Source: an uncultured delta proteobacterium
GTDB taxonomy: Bacteria; Myxococcota; B64-G9
Direction of reading: 5' to 3'
Assembly: GCA_963754925.1 (NCBI GenBank)
Contig: CAVWHX010000001.1
Coordinates: 192,001 to 256,000, forward strand
Length of the DNA: 64,000 nucleotides
The first letter of the stretch is position 1; each line of letters opens with the position of its first letter. The notes under the pieces were generated by a model. That model did no database searches. It had not been told where the DNA came from and saw nothing but the letters and a program-made list of their open reading frames with translations. Below, piece by piece: positions 10,411 to 21,164 of this stretch. The translations under genes were made by a program, and so were the position numbers.

Positions 10411-10995
10411 ATGAAAAATCTTTTTTACCGGGCGTTACTGATCGCGCGTTTCGTCGGGGTTACCGGCGGCTGCTCGAAGGGTCTTGAGCCCGATCAACAA
10501 CCGCGCACCCTGGCTCAGGCGCGACAGGTAGCGCTTGATCTATTCAAGCATCTTGATGGGTTCATCATAGAAAAACAAGCGGAAGAAAGCCTGGCGGGCC
10601 GTCCGGCGGTGCGCATGGAAGCCCTCTGGACACACGATGGCGAGAAGCGTCGCGGCGTGATCTATGTTGTCGACCAACCGGCCTTGTTCAATGAAATTCA
10701 TTACACCGCCCCCATCGAACCGGAGGTGTTTAATGCCGGATTTGCGGTGTTCCAGAAAGTGCTGAAAAACCTCAAGGCGGTGTCTGACATAAGCACCCTA
10801 ACGGTCAACGAACAGGGAGATGAAAAGGTGATGCTATCGCCGGATCTTCAGCTTGAAATCCATTATCCCAGTACGTGGGTATACAGTCTCGATGATGTGA
10901 ATCGGGCGTTGGTTTTGAGCGGCCCGCATGGTGAGCCCGCCTGGATGACAACGATTAACTTCTCGGTAATCAATAAATGGGCAACGGCAAAGTAA
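10411..10995 (+). CDS. Hypothetical protein, possible lipoprotein
   Basis: A 195-aa ORF with a possible lipobox (GGC). Its stop overlaps the start of nfo. Confidence 0.55.
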   Translation: MKNLFYRALLIARFVGVTGGCSKGLEPDQQPRTLAQARQVALDLFKHLDGFIIEKQAEESLAGRPAVRMEALWTHDGEKRRGVIYVVDQPALFNEIHYTAPIEPEVFNAGFAVFQKVLKNLKAVSDISTLTVNEQGDEKVMLSPDLQLEIHYPSTWVYSLDDVNRALVLSGPHGEPAWMTTINFSVINKWATAK

Positions 10996-11837
10996 CGCTG
11001 CGGTTCGGGACCGGCGGGACGCCGCATTCGGCACCGCGCCCTGATCCGTTGAGCGGCGTGGAACGAATCGCCGCCTTGGGTCTTTCGGCGATGGAACTGG
11101 AATTTGTTTACGGCGTGCGCATCCGGGACGACGCAGCCGAGAACATACGGCGTCGCGCCGAGGAGCTCGGTGTAGCGCTCACCTGCCATGGCCCGTACTA
11201 TATAAACCTCAACGCCGTAGAACCTGAGAAGCGTCAGGCAAGTGTCGAGCGGATCATCGCGACCGCCCGAGCAGCCCGCAAGGTTGGGGCGCGTTCAATT
11301 ACCTTCCACGCCGCCTTTTACCTCAAGCAGGAGCCGGGCTCAGTCCACCAAACGGTCCAGGATGCCCTGGCGCGGATCGTGGAAACCTTGTCCGCGGAAG
11401 GCAATGACGTCCAGATTCGGCCCGAGCTCACCGGTAAGCCCTCGCAGTATGGCGATCTGGAAGAGTTGCTCAAGCTTTCGCAAGCGATTCCGAGGGTGCG
11501 CCCCTGCATCGATTTCAGTCATCTCCACGCTCGAACCGGTGGCGCTATGAATAGCGCAGAGGAGTTTCGGGCAGTGCTGACGCGCTACCGGGAGGCGCTC
11601 GGAAAGCAGTCGCTTGCTGACCTCCACCTCCACATCAGCGGGATCCAGTACACTGCCAAGGGGGAGCGGCGCCACCTCGATCTGGTTGAAGCCGATCTGC
11701 GCTATCGAGAATTATTACAGGCGTTGGTGGAGGAGGATGCGCGGGGCATCGTGATTTGTGAAAGCCCGAACCTTGAAGAAGACGCACAGCTGCTCCAAAG
11801 CACCTACCAAAAACTTCTGGCGGGAAGGACGCGCTAG
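10977..11837 (+). CDS. nfo: Endonuclease IV (AP endonuclease 2, TIM barrel)
   Basis: HGPYYINL, RPELTGK, CIDFSHLHAR, HISGI and ICESP motifs. Confidence 0.88.
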   Translation: MGNGKVTLRFGTGGTPHSAPRPDPLSGVERIAALGLSAMELEFVYGVRIRDDAAENIRRRAEELGVALTCHGPYYINLNAVEPEKRQASVERIIATARAARKVGARSITFHAAFYLKQEPGSVHQTVQDALARIVETLSAEGNDVQIRPELTGKPSQYGDLEELLKLSQAIPRVRPCIDFSHLHARTGGAMNSAEEFRAVLTRYREALGKQSLADLHLHISGIQYTAKGERRHLDLVEADLRYRELLQALVEEDARGIVICESPNLEEDAQLLQSTYQKLLAGRTR

Positions 11838-11841
11838 GATC

Positions 11842-13884
11842 ATGGCCGGTTCTCCAGTAGTCCCCGAGAAAACCAACCTGCGCGAGTTTACCTTCAGAGC
11901 AGTGTTACTTGGCCTATGCATGACGGTAGTCCTCGGGGCGGCCAACGCCTATCTCGGATTGAAGGCCGGCATGACTATCGCCGCTACCTATCCCGCGGCG
12001 GTTCTCGGCATGGCCGTTTTGCGTTTGTTCGGAGGTTCCCTTCTCGAGGAGAACATCGCCCGAACGGTCGGCTCGATCGGCGAATCGGTAGCGGCCGGGG
12101 CCATTTTTACCATTCCCGCCTTTGTCATTGCCCATGTGGCCGGTTGGGAGGAATTCGGCAGCCTCCGTAATTATTTGTTCTCCACCGCGATCATGTTGTT
12201 GGGCGGCATGCTGGGAATTTTGTTTGTGACGATTTTGCGTCGCGTCTTGGTTCAGGATGGCGACTTGCCCTTCCCGGAGTCGACCGCTGCGGCGGAAATT
12301 CACAAGGCTGGCCAACGCGGTGGCAAGGGCGCGGGCATATTGATGTCGTTCATGGGAGTGGGAGCCGCTATTCAGCTCGCGGCTCAGTTTTCTTTGTTTA
12401 GTGTCTCAAAAGAGTTCGTCATTTCGTTGGGCAAAACCACGATTGATTTTTTTACCCAAAAATGGGCTCTGATCAAAAAGATCGATGTGGGCGGGATGAC
12501 GGTCGTCTCGAGCCCGGACGTAGCTCCGGCGTACATTGGCGTGGGCTATATCATCGGTCCCCGTTTGGCCGCGCTCAATGCCGCAGGCGGACTTTTGGCG
12601 TGGGGCTTGTTTGTTCCCCTAATCACGTACCTGCTCGGACCCGAACTCCAAAGTGTTATCGGTCAGATGCCCGACGGGCCGGCGGGTAATCCGGTGACCT
12701 GGAGCATGCTGGCGGACAAAGTATGGCGGTTCATCGTTCGTCCCATTGCCGTGGGCGGGATGCTGGTCGGGGCCGGGAATACGCTGTTTCAGGTGCGTAC
12801 CAGCCTCGGCGCGGGCATCAAGAGGGCCATCAGCGACGTCGCCACGAGTGCCTCGTCACGTAAGACCGAGAGCAGGTTGGATAGGGATCTCAGCTATTCC
12901 TGGGTGTTTGCGGGAATAGGCACCACGGTTATCCTTATGATCGGGTTGTACTATATTTTCTCCGGCACGTTGAAGGGATCGATTGTTGCCGCGGTGGTCA
13001 TGGCGGTGACCGGGTTTTTCTTTGCGGCGGTGTCGGGCTATCTCGTGGGCACCATCGGTTCTTCCAATAATCCGATCTCCGGTCTCACCCTATCGACGCT
13101 GATCATAGCCGCGCTGCTCATTATCGTGGTTGGCGTAGGCGGGGACGCAGGGGTCATCGCGGTGCTGGGTGTGGCCGCGGTGGTTTGTGTTTCGAGCGCG
13201 GTCGCGGGCGAGATGCTCCAGGACCTCAAGGTCGGGCACATTTTGGGGGGCACGCCGTGGAAAATGCAACTCGGCGACATCATCGGGGTGTTTTTCGCAG
13301 CGGCGCTGCTCTTTTTTCCGCTGATGGTATTGCACGAAGGCAGCATCAAGTTAGGAGGGGAGGGGTTTGGGGGGCCGAGTTTGCCGGCGCCGCAGGCCGG
13401 CCTTATGGCGATGTTGGCCAATGGCATTGTCGAGCAAACCATGGCCTGGCCGTTGGTGATCGTGGGGATGCTGTTCGGGTTCGGCATGATACTTGTTCAA
13501 GTCCGCAGTCCCATGCTCATGGCGGTCGGCATGTACCTTCCGTTTGGGACGACCTTCGCCATTTTTGTCGGCGGCGGCATTCGTTGGATCGCTGATCAGA
13601 TAGCGCACCGACGAGGTTTGTCACCAGGGCAGCGTGGCCGCGTGGAGAACACCGGCATTCTGGTTGCGGCCGGCCTTATCGCGGGTGAAGCCTTGATGGG
13701 GCTGGGGGTAGCTTCGCTTACCTTTGCGGGCATCAAGCTCCCGACGGTGCTTGAGGACGGCGGTTGGGTCGGTTTCGGCATTGGGCTAGGAATACTGGTG
13801 GTGCTCGGGTACCTGATGATAACGGTACCCTTGCGAAATGCCGGCAAACCTGACGAGGAAGCACCACCGACAGTGACGATGTAG
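11842..13884 (+). CDS. OPT-family oligopeptide transporter
   Basis: NAYLGLKAG, LPFPE, GSSNNPISG, QDLKVG and LPAPQA motifs, with many TM segments. Confidence 0.95.
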   Translation: MAGSPVVPEKTNLREFTFRAVLLGLCMTVVLGAANAYLGLKAGMTIAATYPAAVLGMAVLRLFGGSLLEENIARTVGSIGESVAAGAIFTIPAFVIAHVAGWEEFGSLRNYLFSTAIMLLGGMLGILFVTILRRVLVQDGDLPFPESTAAAEIHKAGQRGGKGAGILMSFMGVGAAIQLAAQFSLFSVSKEFVISLGKTTIDFFTQKWALIKKIDVGGMTVVSSPDVAPAYIGVGYIIGPRLAALNAAGGLLAWGLFVPLITYLLGPELQSVIGQMPDGPAGNPVTWSMLADKVWRFIVRPIAVGGMLVGAGNTLFQVRTSLGAGIKRAISDVATSASSRKTESRLDRDLSYSWVFAGIGTTVILMIGLYYIFSGTLKGSIVAAVVMAVTGFFFAAVSGYLVGTIGSSNNPISGLTLSTLIIAALLIIVVGVGGDAGVIAVLGVAAVVCVSSAVAGEMLQDLKVGHILGGTPWKMQLGDIIGVFFAAALLFFPLMVLHEGSIKLGGEGFGGPSLPAPQAGLMAMLANGIVEQTMAWPLVIVGMLFGFGMILVQVRSPMLMAVGMYLPFGTTFAIFVGGGIRWIADQIAHRRGLSPGQRGRVENTGILVAAGLIAGEALMGLGVASLTFAGIKLPTVLEDGGWVGFGIGLGILVVLGYLMITVPLRNAGKPDEEAPPTVTM

Positions 13885-13898
13885 GCGCGTTCCGGCTG

Positions 13899-15397
13899 CT
13901 ATTCAGTGAAAATAACATCAAACCAGTACTTCTTGGAGCGATCGAGTCCCTGATCCACATGGATATGTTTGATCTGCGTGAACTCCAAAACTCCATGCGT
14001 TCCCAACTCCCTTCCAACGCCGGACTGCTTGTAGCCTCCGAATGGCGCCAGGGCGTTGATCATGTGATAATCATTGATCCACACCGTTCCGGTTCGGAGC
14101 CGTTTAGCCACCTCGATCGCCCAGGGAACGTCGCGCGAGAAACGGCGCCCCCCAGACCATAGATGCTGTCATTGGCCATATCTATCGCATCGCCAACATT
14201 GTCGTATTTGATTACCGAAAGCACCGGACCGAAGATCTCTTCCTGGGCAATGGTCATCTTATTGGTGACATCTTCAAATACGGTCGGTTCCACGAAGTAT
14301 CCTTTGGTCAGGTTTTTCGGCCTATTCCCGCCGATGGTGCACTTCGCGCCCTCTTTCTTGCCGATTTCGATATACCTCATGATGGTTGTTAGCTGGGTTT
14401 TAGAGACCACCGGGCCCATGCCGGTATCCGGATCCATCGGGTCCCCAACCTTGATTTTAGCTACCCGGTCACGAACCCGGGCCATGAATTCGTTGTAAAT
14501 CGATTTCGGCACGAAACATCTCGTTCCGGATTCACAAACCTGTCCGGCATGGAAAAACGTTCCGTAGAGCGCGCCATCGACCGCGATATCCAAATTGGCA
14601 TCTTCAAGAATAATGGTCGGACTCTTGCCGCCAAGCTCAAGCGTTACTTTCTTGATGGTATCGGAGGCAAGTTTCGATATCTGACGACCGGTTAAGGTCG
14701 AGCCGGTCAGGGATACCTTATCCACCATTGGATTCGTACACAGTTCATCGCCCAGAGTCGCACCGGCGCCGACGACCAAGTTAAAAACGCCGGGAGGGAT
14801 ATCACACTCGGCAACGATCTTTGCGAGCTCACAGGCGGTAAGTGGTGTGTCCGATGCGGGTTTTAGAACCAAGCTATTACCCATGATAAGCGCAGGCGCT
14901 GTTTTCCATATGGCCATCACCAGAGGGAAGTTCCACGGAATGATGCCGACACAGACGCCGATCGGCTCCCGGTGGACGAAGTTCCACGATACGATGGGGA
15001 AATCTATCCACGGAAGCGGTTCGTATAGCGGAACGTTTTCTCCCAGCTCGATTAGTCTCCGGCAATGTTCTATAGCGAACGGGAGATCTGCTAAGGTAGC
15101 TTTCCGGTAGGTCGCTCCCGAATCGCGTGATTCCAGTTCCGCCAATTCGCCCTGCCGTTCATTCAACTTCTCGGCAATTTTCATGAGTCTGATCGCCCGC
15201 TCCTTGGGCTTCATGCTGCTCCATACCCCTGAATCAAAAGACTTGCGAGCGGCTTCGATGGCTTTTTTGGCGTCGACTTTTGATCCGAGGGGAACTTCGG
15301 CGATAGGCTCCTCGGTTGCGGGGTTGTAGGTTGGTCGTGTCTCTCCTGAGGCTGCGTCAACAAACTTTCCGTCAATATACAATTTATACTTTTCCAT
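13899..15397 (-). CDS. Aldehyde dehydrogenase, copy 1 (frameshift near 14140)
   Basis: PWNFP, LELGGKSP, GQVCES, EEIFGPV and PFGGYKQSG motifs, with an AAGGAGG RBS. Confidence 0.95.
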
Positions 15398-15445
15398 AAT
15401 TCCGACCTCCTTCTCTACAACGGTTTTCAAAAAAATTTCCGCCTG

Positions 15446-15680
15446 CTATTTCGAAGACGCAAATTTTGTGAGACGATTCAGTAATTACCCCCAACCCTCC
15501 ACATTGTTAAAATAGTATGGCAACCCAAATTTGACGCTTAGGATAACCAACTCATACAAGTTGCTGGAGTTCATTAAAATACAGATATTCGGATTTCCGA
15601 TCTTGGCGTTATAGACCATCAACCGACACTCATTGAAAAGCATGGTTACACCAACGTTAGCGTCAACGGTCTGCTTATAA
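15446..15680 (-). pseudogene. Decayed remnant of the SCP2-like gene
   Basis: The minus strand translates to YKQTVDANVGVTMLFNECRLMVYNAKIGNPNICILMNSSNLYELVILSVKFGLPYYFNN and then LNRLTKFASSK*. This aligns to the 17388..17805 product, but the start is missing and there is an internal deletion. Confidence 0.8.
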
Positions 15681-15697
15681 CTAGTTGTGAAAAATTA

Positions 15698-15733
15698 TTA
15701 GTATTACAGCGTATGCTAAATGCAAACACTTTT
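15698..15733 (-). promoter_or_regulatory. Putative promoter, paralogous to 19791-19826
   Basis: AAAAGTGTTTGCATTTAGCATACGCTGTAATACTAA versus AAAAGTGTTTGCTTTTGTTCTGCACTGTTATATTAA (27/36 identical, counted by eye). Confidence 0.55.
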
Positions 15734-15837
15734 AATCTTACGCTACCAACGCTGTTTGAGAATGGCGGTAGGATTGTTTTTTTGGTATTGGGATAGGAAA
15801 CTAAACGAGGTAGGGGGTTGTTAAATCTCTTTTCAGA

Positions 15838-17337
15838 CTACTCACTGAAAATAAAGTCGTACCAGAATTTTTTCTCTCGATTGAGCCCCTGATCCACATG
15901 GATGTGTTTTATCTGTGTGTAGTCCAAAAGGCCATACGAACCATGTTCGTTTCCAATTCCGGACTGCTTGTATCCGCCGAAGGGCGCCAGGGAGTTGAGC
16001 AGGTGATAGTCATTGATAAAGACCGTGCCGGTGCGGAGGCGTTTAGCGAGCTCGATGGCCCAGGGAACATCGCGCGAGAAAATCGCGCCCCCTAGTCCGT
16101 AGATGCTGTCGTTGGCCATTTTAATGGCGTCGCCGACATCATCGTATTTGATTACCGAAAGCACCGGACCGAAAATCTCTTCCTGGGCGATGGTCATCTT
16201 ATTGTTGACCTCTTCGAAGATGGTCGGTTCAACAAAGTAGCCCTTGGTCAGATTTTTCGGCCTGCCCCCGCCGATAGTGCACTTCGCACCCTCTTTCTTG
16301 CCGATATCGATATACTTCATGACGGTCGTTAGCTGGGCTTTCGAGATCAACGGGCCCATAGTAGTCTCGTCATTCATCGGGTCCCCGACTTTGATTTTGG
16401 TTACCCGTTCACGAACCCGGTCCATGAATTCGTTGTAAATCGATTTCGGCACGAAACATCTGGTTCCCGATTCACAGAGTTGTCCCGCGTGGAAAAACGT
16501 ACCCCAGAGTGCGCCGTCGACCGCGATACTGAGATCGGCATCTTCAAGAATAATGGTCGGACTTTTACCGCCCAGCTCAAGCGTGAGCTTCTTGATGGTA
16601 TCGGCGGCAAGTTTCATCACCTGCCGGCCGGTCTGTGTCGAGCCGGTCAGGGATATCTTATCCACCATCGGATTCGTGCATAGTTCCTCGCCCAACACCG
16701 CGCCCGGCCCGGGCAACACGTTGAAAACACCGGGAGGGATGTCGCACTCGGCAATGATCTTTGCGAGCTCCAAGGTGGTGATCGGCGTATCCGAGGCGGG
16801 TTTCACAACCATGCTATTGCCCATCATGAGCGTCGGAGCGATCTTCCACGCCCCTATCACCAGAGGAAGGTTCCACGGGACAATACCGACACACACGCCG
16901 ATAGGCTCTCGCTGGACGAAATTCCACGATACAGCGGGAAAATCATTCCAGGGAAGCGGTTCATAGAGCGGGAGTTTTTCGCCCATTTCAAACGTCTTCT
17001 TGTAATGTTCGATAGTGAACGGGAGATCAAAGAGTGAAGCTTTGCGCATGGTCGCTCCCGAGTCACGTGATTCCAGTTCCGCCATTTCGCCCTGCCGTTC
17101 ATCCAGCTTTTCCACAAACTTCATAAGTCTGCTCGCCCGCTCCTTGGGCTTCAGGTTGCTCCATACCCCGGAATCAAAAGACTTGCGCGCGGCTTCGATG
17201 GCCTTCTTGGCGTCGACTTTTGATCCGAGGGGAACTTCCGCGATAGGCTCCTCGGTTGCGGGGTTGTAGGTTGGTCGTGTCTCTCCTGAGGCTGCGTCGA
17301 CAAACTTTCCATCAATATACATCTGATACTTTTTCAT
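15838..17337 (-). CDS. Aldehyde dehydrogenase, copy 2
   Basis: Complete 499-aa ALDH with LELGGKSP and GQLCES motifs. It is a close paralogue of copy 1. Confidence 0.97.
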   Translation of the reverse strand: MKKYQMYIDGKFVDAASGETRPTYNPATEEPIAEVPLGSKVDAKKAIEAARKSFDSGVWSNLKPKERASRLMKFVEKLDERQGEMAELESRDSGATMRKASLFDLPFTIEHYKKTFEMGEKLPLYEPLPWNDFPAVSWNFVQREPIGVCVGIVPWNLPLVIGAWKIAPTLMMGNSMVVKPASDTPITTLELAKIIAECDIPPGVFNVLPGPGAVLGEELCTNPMVDKISLTGSTQTGRQVMKLAADTIKKLTLELGGKSPTIILEDADLSIAVDGALWGTFFHAGQLCESGTRCFVPKSIYNEFMDRVRERVTKIKVGDPMNDETTMGPLISKAQLTTVMKYIDIGKKEGAKCTIGGGRPKNLTKGYFVEPTIFEEVNNKMTIAQEEIFGPVLSVIKYDDVGDAIKMANDSIYGLGGAIFSRDVPWAIELAKRLRTGTVFINDYHLLNSLAPFGGYKQSGIGNEHGSYGLLDYTQIKHIHVDQGLNREKKFWYDFIFSE

Positions 17338-17387
17338 ATGAACGTCCTCCTTACTATGACTGGTTCGCCACCACGAATGCGCCCGCC

Positions 17388-17805
17388 TATTTCACCGACA
17401 TAAGCTTGGTGAAGCGGGTAAGCGCTATCGGATGAGATAATAACCCTTTCAACTTTAGTTTGCGAGTCAAGAGTTCTTAAGCACCCCTCGTCCGGTTTCA
17501 TCAAAGTAGTACGGCAGGCCGAATTTGACGCTTAGGTTGGCCAACTCAAGCAGCGTGTTCGAGTCCGTTACAATGCTGATCTTTGGTTTTCCAACCATCC
17601 CATTGTGAACCATCAAACTTCCCTTATTGAAGGCCATAGTCATATCGACCTCGGCGTCCTCCGCCTGCATATAAATATTTCCAGATAAAGCGTTAAAGTC
17701 TTTCTCTCTCTTTGGTTTGTCTTTCAGGTTGCCCTTGATGATATCCGCTATCATCGTGGCCATGCCTCCATCTTCGATGCCGGGAGCGAAATCGATCTGG
17801 ACCAT
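17388..17805 (-). CDS. SCP2 sterol-carrier-like protein (frameshift near 17475)
   Basis: The frame-corrected C-terminus is LLTRKLKLKGLLSHPIALTRFTKLMSVK*, and the LKLKG motif is typical of SCP2 domains. Confidence 0.7.
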
Positions 17806-17848
17806 GGATCCTCCTTTACCGTGCCTTCATGAAAAATCCTCCGTCCAA

Positions 17849-19003
17849 TCACCAGGCGTTTTTGAACACGCCGAGAACCTCTTCCGCCTCACTGATTGGC
17901 TTGGGATTAATACCCGTTCCTCCCATAGTCAAGGTGACATCAGACGCCTCGACTAAACCGCCTTCAGGCACACCGACCTCTCGCAGTTTCTGAGGCACTC
18001 CCATCTTCTTGGTGAATTTGGTTATACCACTCGCGACCGCCTCACCGGCTTCTTCTTCGCTGACATTCAACCCCATGGCGCGGGCAACCAAGGCGTATCT
18101 ATCGGCGCAGGCATCCGCATTGAATCGAACCACGTGCGGAAGGAGAATACTATTGGCCAATCCGTGCGGCACTTTGAACAAACCGCCGATAGTATGTGCC
18201 ATGGCATGCACCAGGGCTATCTGGGCGTTGCCGAAGGCGATGCCGGCCATGGTGGACGCCAGCAATTGCTGACCGCGGGAAAAGAGGTCTTTGCCGTTCT
18301 CCACGCAGCGCGGGAGGTATTCCATGATCAAGTGGATAGCGTGAATAGCCATCGCATCGGCCATAGGTGAAGCCTGGTTTGCATGAATGGATTCGAGGGC
18401 ATGGCAGAAAGCGTCCATGCCGGTGGTGGCGGTAAGCCCGGGCGGCAGCCCCACCGTCATGGTCGGATCGAGGATGCCGACATTTGGAATAACATTATCT
18501 TCACCGATCTCAACTTTTCTATTGTTATCCCAATCTTTGACCACCGCGAAGTAGGTGACTTCGCTTCCCGTGCCGGCAGTGGTGGGAATGACGATATGGG
18601 GCGTCTGCGGGCGCGACAAACTCTGATAACCCGTATGTTCCTGAATTTTGATACCTTCCTTTAAACAAATGGCCATTCCCTTGGCAGTGTCTATTGAGCT
18701 GCCGCCGCCAACACTCACCAAAATATCGGCGCCTTTGCTTCGCGCGATTTCTGATGCTTCATTGATGAGATGAAAACCGGAATCCTGAGTGCATTTGTCA
18801 TAGGTTCCGACGTACCTCGAACCCAGCGCCTTTTCCACCCGTCCCGTCAGCCCGGCGTCGACCACGCCCTTGTCGGTTACCACAAATGCCTTGCTGCATT
18901 TAAGGCTCTCTACTTCCGATCCCACTTCATTGATTGAGTTTTCTCCGAAAACTATTTTCGTTGGGTTACGATATACAAAAGCGAGATCTCTATCGTATGC
19001 CAT
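17849..19003 (-). CDS. Iron-containing alcohol dehydrogenase
   Basis: GGGSSIDTAK, IPTTAGTGSE, GMDAFCHALE, HAMAH and HGLAN motifs. Confidence 0.96.
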   Translation of the reverse strand: MAYDRDLAFVYRNPTKIVFGENSINEVGSEVESLKCSKAFVVTDKGVVDAGLTGRVEKALGSRYVGTYDKCTQDSGFHLINEASEIARSKGADILVSVGGGSSIDTAKGMAICLKEGIKIQEHTGYQSLSRPQTPHIVIPTTAGTGSEVTYFAVVKDWDNNRKVEIGEDNVIPNVGILDPTMTVGLPPGLTATTGMDAFCHALESIHANQASPMADAMAIHAIHLIMEYLPRCVENGKDLFSRGQQLLASTMAGIAFGNAQIALVHAMAHTIGGLFKVPHGLANSILLPHVVRFNADACADRYALVARAMGLNVSEEEAGEAVASGITKFTKKMGVPQKLREVGVPEGGLVEASDVTLTMGGTGINPKPISEAEEVLGVFKNAW

Positions 19004-19155
19004 CGGAAACCTCCCTTTAGATTAAAAAAGACCTCATTCGTGCCGTGAGCGGCGCAAGCATAATCACTTCATTTGCCGACTACGATTTCCGGATGTCACT
19101 TCGTATAGATACATTACTGCGAATCGTTCCACCTGAAACACGCTACATCTAGATG

Positions 19156-19721
19156 CTACGTAATACTGAACTCAGTGCTCAGATCATTAATCATTTTTCT
19201 GAACATCGCTGTTTCTTCAGGATTAAGCTGGCCGGAAATTTGCCTCCCACCTCCCCGGCTGTTTCAACCAGGCGCAAAGCGGCTTTTACGGCGCGCACGA
19301 TGGTCGGAAGATCTCCCTTGAGCTTGAGTTTTCCCTGCATCATCCCCTTGACCGGATCGAGTTGTTTTTTACCCACTAATACCCAACGTTCGATGGTGCC
19401 GGTTATTACGAAATTGCCCTTTTTTCCGGCTTCGGTTGGGACCACCCGAATGGACCGACAATCTCCATGCCAAAGATCCATGAACACATACATATCTCGA
19501 TCGACGCCAAATTCGGGTTTGGCTTGCAGATGCAAGACCACCAAACCTTCCCAGTCTTTGGCTACTTCCTTATACTTGGCATCGCCCTGGAGCAGTTTTT
19601 CCCACAGTCCGAGCCATTCAGGCGAGAAAAAGACGAGGGGTTTTCTCTGGGACGCCATCGCATCTTTTATCACTTTTTTCCAGGCTTCTTCCCATTCCGG
19701 TGTTCCGTACGTATAGGGCAT
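19156..19721 (-). CDS. SCP2 sterol-binding domain protein (frameshift near 19230)
   Basis: FFSPEW and LDPVKGMMQGKLKLKGDL motifs. The corrected end is LNPEETAMFRKMINDLSTEFSIT*. Confidence 0.8.
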
Positions 19722-19790
19722 TTTAGATCTCCTTATAGAATTGTTGTGATCTATGAATCAACGCTTTCATAATGACTCGAAAATAAGTCT

Positions 19791-19826
19791 TTAATATAAC
19801 AGTGCAGAACAAAAGCAAACACTTTT
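19791..19826 (-). promoter_or_regulatory. Putative promoter of the SCP2-ADH-SCP2-ALDH operon
   Basis: An extended -10-like TGTTATATT about 70 bp upstream of the first gene, with a paralogous copy at 15698-15733. Confidence 0.5.
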
Positions 19827-19937
19827 TAGAGCCCGCGCTCCCGTTGGTTGCCGAAGTGCTGCCGGTTCTGAATCCAACCCAATGTTAGCTTGACAGGTTG
19901 CAGTGATTCTGCTAGGAACTGCGAGCCAGATTTGGAC

Positions 19938-20010
19938 GAGCCGCTAGCTCAGTCGGTAGAGCATCAGACTTTTAATCTGAGGGCCAAGGGTTCGACTCCC
20001 TTGCGGCTCA
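19938..20010 (+). tRNA. tRNA-Lys(TTT)
   Basis: GAGCCGC/GCGGCTC acceptor stem, TCAGA-CTTTTAA-TCTGA anticodon arm and GTTCGA T-loop. CCA is not encoded. A TTGACA-N17-TAGGAA promoter lies upstream. Confidence 0.97.
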
Positions 20011-20029
20011 TTTGACAATTAAGTGGCGT

Positions 20030-20103
20030 GTCCCCATCGTCTAGCCCGGTTAGGACACAGGCCTTTCACGCCTGCAACAGGGGTTCGAATCCCCTTGGGG
20101 ACG
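20030..20103 (+). tRNA. tRNA-Glu(TTC)
   Basis: GTCCCCA/TGGGGAC acceptor stem, CAGGC-CTTTCAC-GCCTG anticodon arm and GTTCGAATC. CCA is not encoded. Confidence 0.97.
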
Positions 20104-20132
20104 TAGCTATTCATAACCCCCGGAGAGTCTCG

Positions 20133-21138
20133 ATGGCACTCGAAGACGATATCACTGAAATCAAGAAAGAAATCATCGAGTCCCACAACCTCGTCATCAA
20201 AACGGACAACCTCATCAAGAGTCTCTCGGCCGAGATTCGCCAGATCCAAAAGAAACAGGAAACCTACGAACGCAAATATATCTTTAACTCGGTGGTCGCG
20301 TATATCCTGTTTGTCGTGATCATTTTTGTCGGGCTCTATATAGCTTTTGACGCCAAAGTTGGCGTGGTCCGCCGCGAGAAGGAAATAGAAATTGAAAACG
20401 CCAAAAAAGCGCGGGCCGAGGCAAACGAGCTTCAAAATAAACTATCAACGCGTAGCCAGCAGGAGCGACAGGCCGATGAGTTTCTGAAACTCAAACAAGA
20501 AAATCGCGAGGCCGATGCTCTCAAAGCTGCTGATCAACTTGACCTTAACCTTCTTTCTCCGCTGCTGGCTCAAATTGTTAGCAAGGAATGCGATGAGCTG
20601 CGCACCCGCATGGCGGAGCGTTTCTATGAAGAGGGCAAGAATAACTTTCAAGAAAATCGGCTTGAAGCGGCCATTCGGGCGTTTGATAAGGCGCTCGAAA
20701 TCAAACCGCCAGCCAACATTGTTTTTTAGGGCCCAGTACCTTCGCGGTCATGCCCTGATACGACTCAACCGCAGCGGCATGGCGGCGGAAGCTTTTTTAG
20801 CTGCGGCTGAGGCCGATCCGAAAAACCAATTGGTCGACGAGATAACCTTTCTCAGCGGCGACGCCCTTGAAAACGCCGGGAATGTTCCTCAGGCGATGAT
20901 CGCCTTTCGTAAGGTATGCAACGATTCTCCGGATTCCAAATTTAAATTTCAAGCATGTCGGCGACTCGAAAAGCTTGGGCCCAAGGCAGCCGGGCCGGTA
21001 ACGGAGCCGCCTGTTGGTAGAGTGGCGCCGACGACTCCAGCGGCCCCCGTTACAACCCCGGCGCCAGGTCAAAAGCCACCACCCGTTCCGGCGGGGACGC
21101 AAGCGCCAGCAGCAAAGCCTCAACCGGCGGCCCATTAA
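20133..21138 (+). CDS. Membrane-anchored coiled-coil/TPR protein (frameshift in T-run near 20725)
   Basis: Coiled coil, one TM segment, CpoB/BamD-like TPR helices across ORFs 20028..20729 and 20515..21138, and a Pro-rich tail. Confidence 0.7.
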
Positions 21139-21164
21139 TACTGTAGCCTACTGCGTAACTGTGG

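Noticed and set aside
19827..19840. Another TAGAG-repeat copy (TAGAGCCCG)
   Set aside because: There is no complementary arm or second hairpin; at most it is a fragment.
19938..20103. tRNA-integrated genomic island for the ADH/ALDH cluster
   Set aside because: The cluster lies on the 5' side of the tRNAs, and I saw no integrase or duplicated tRNA 3' end.
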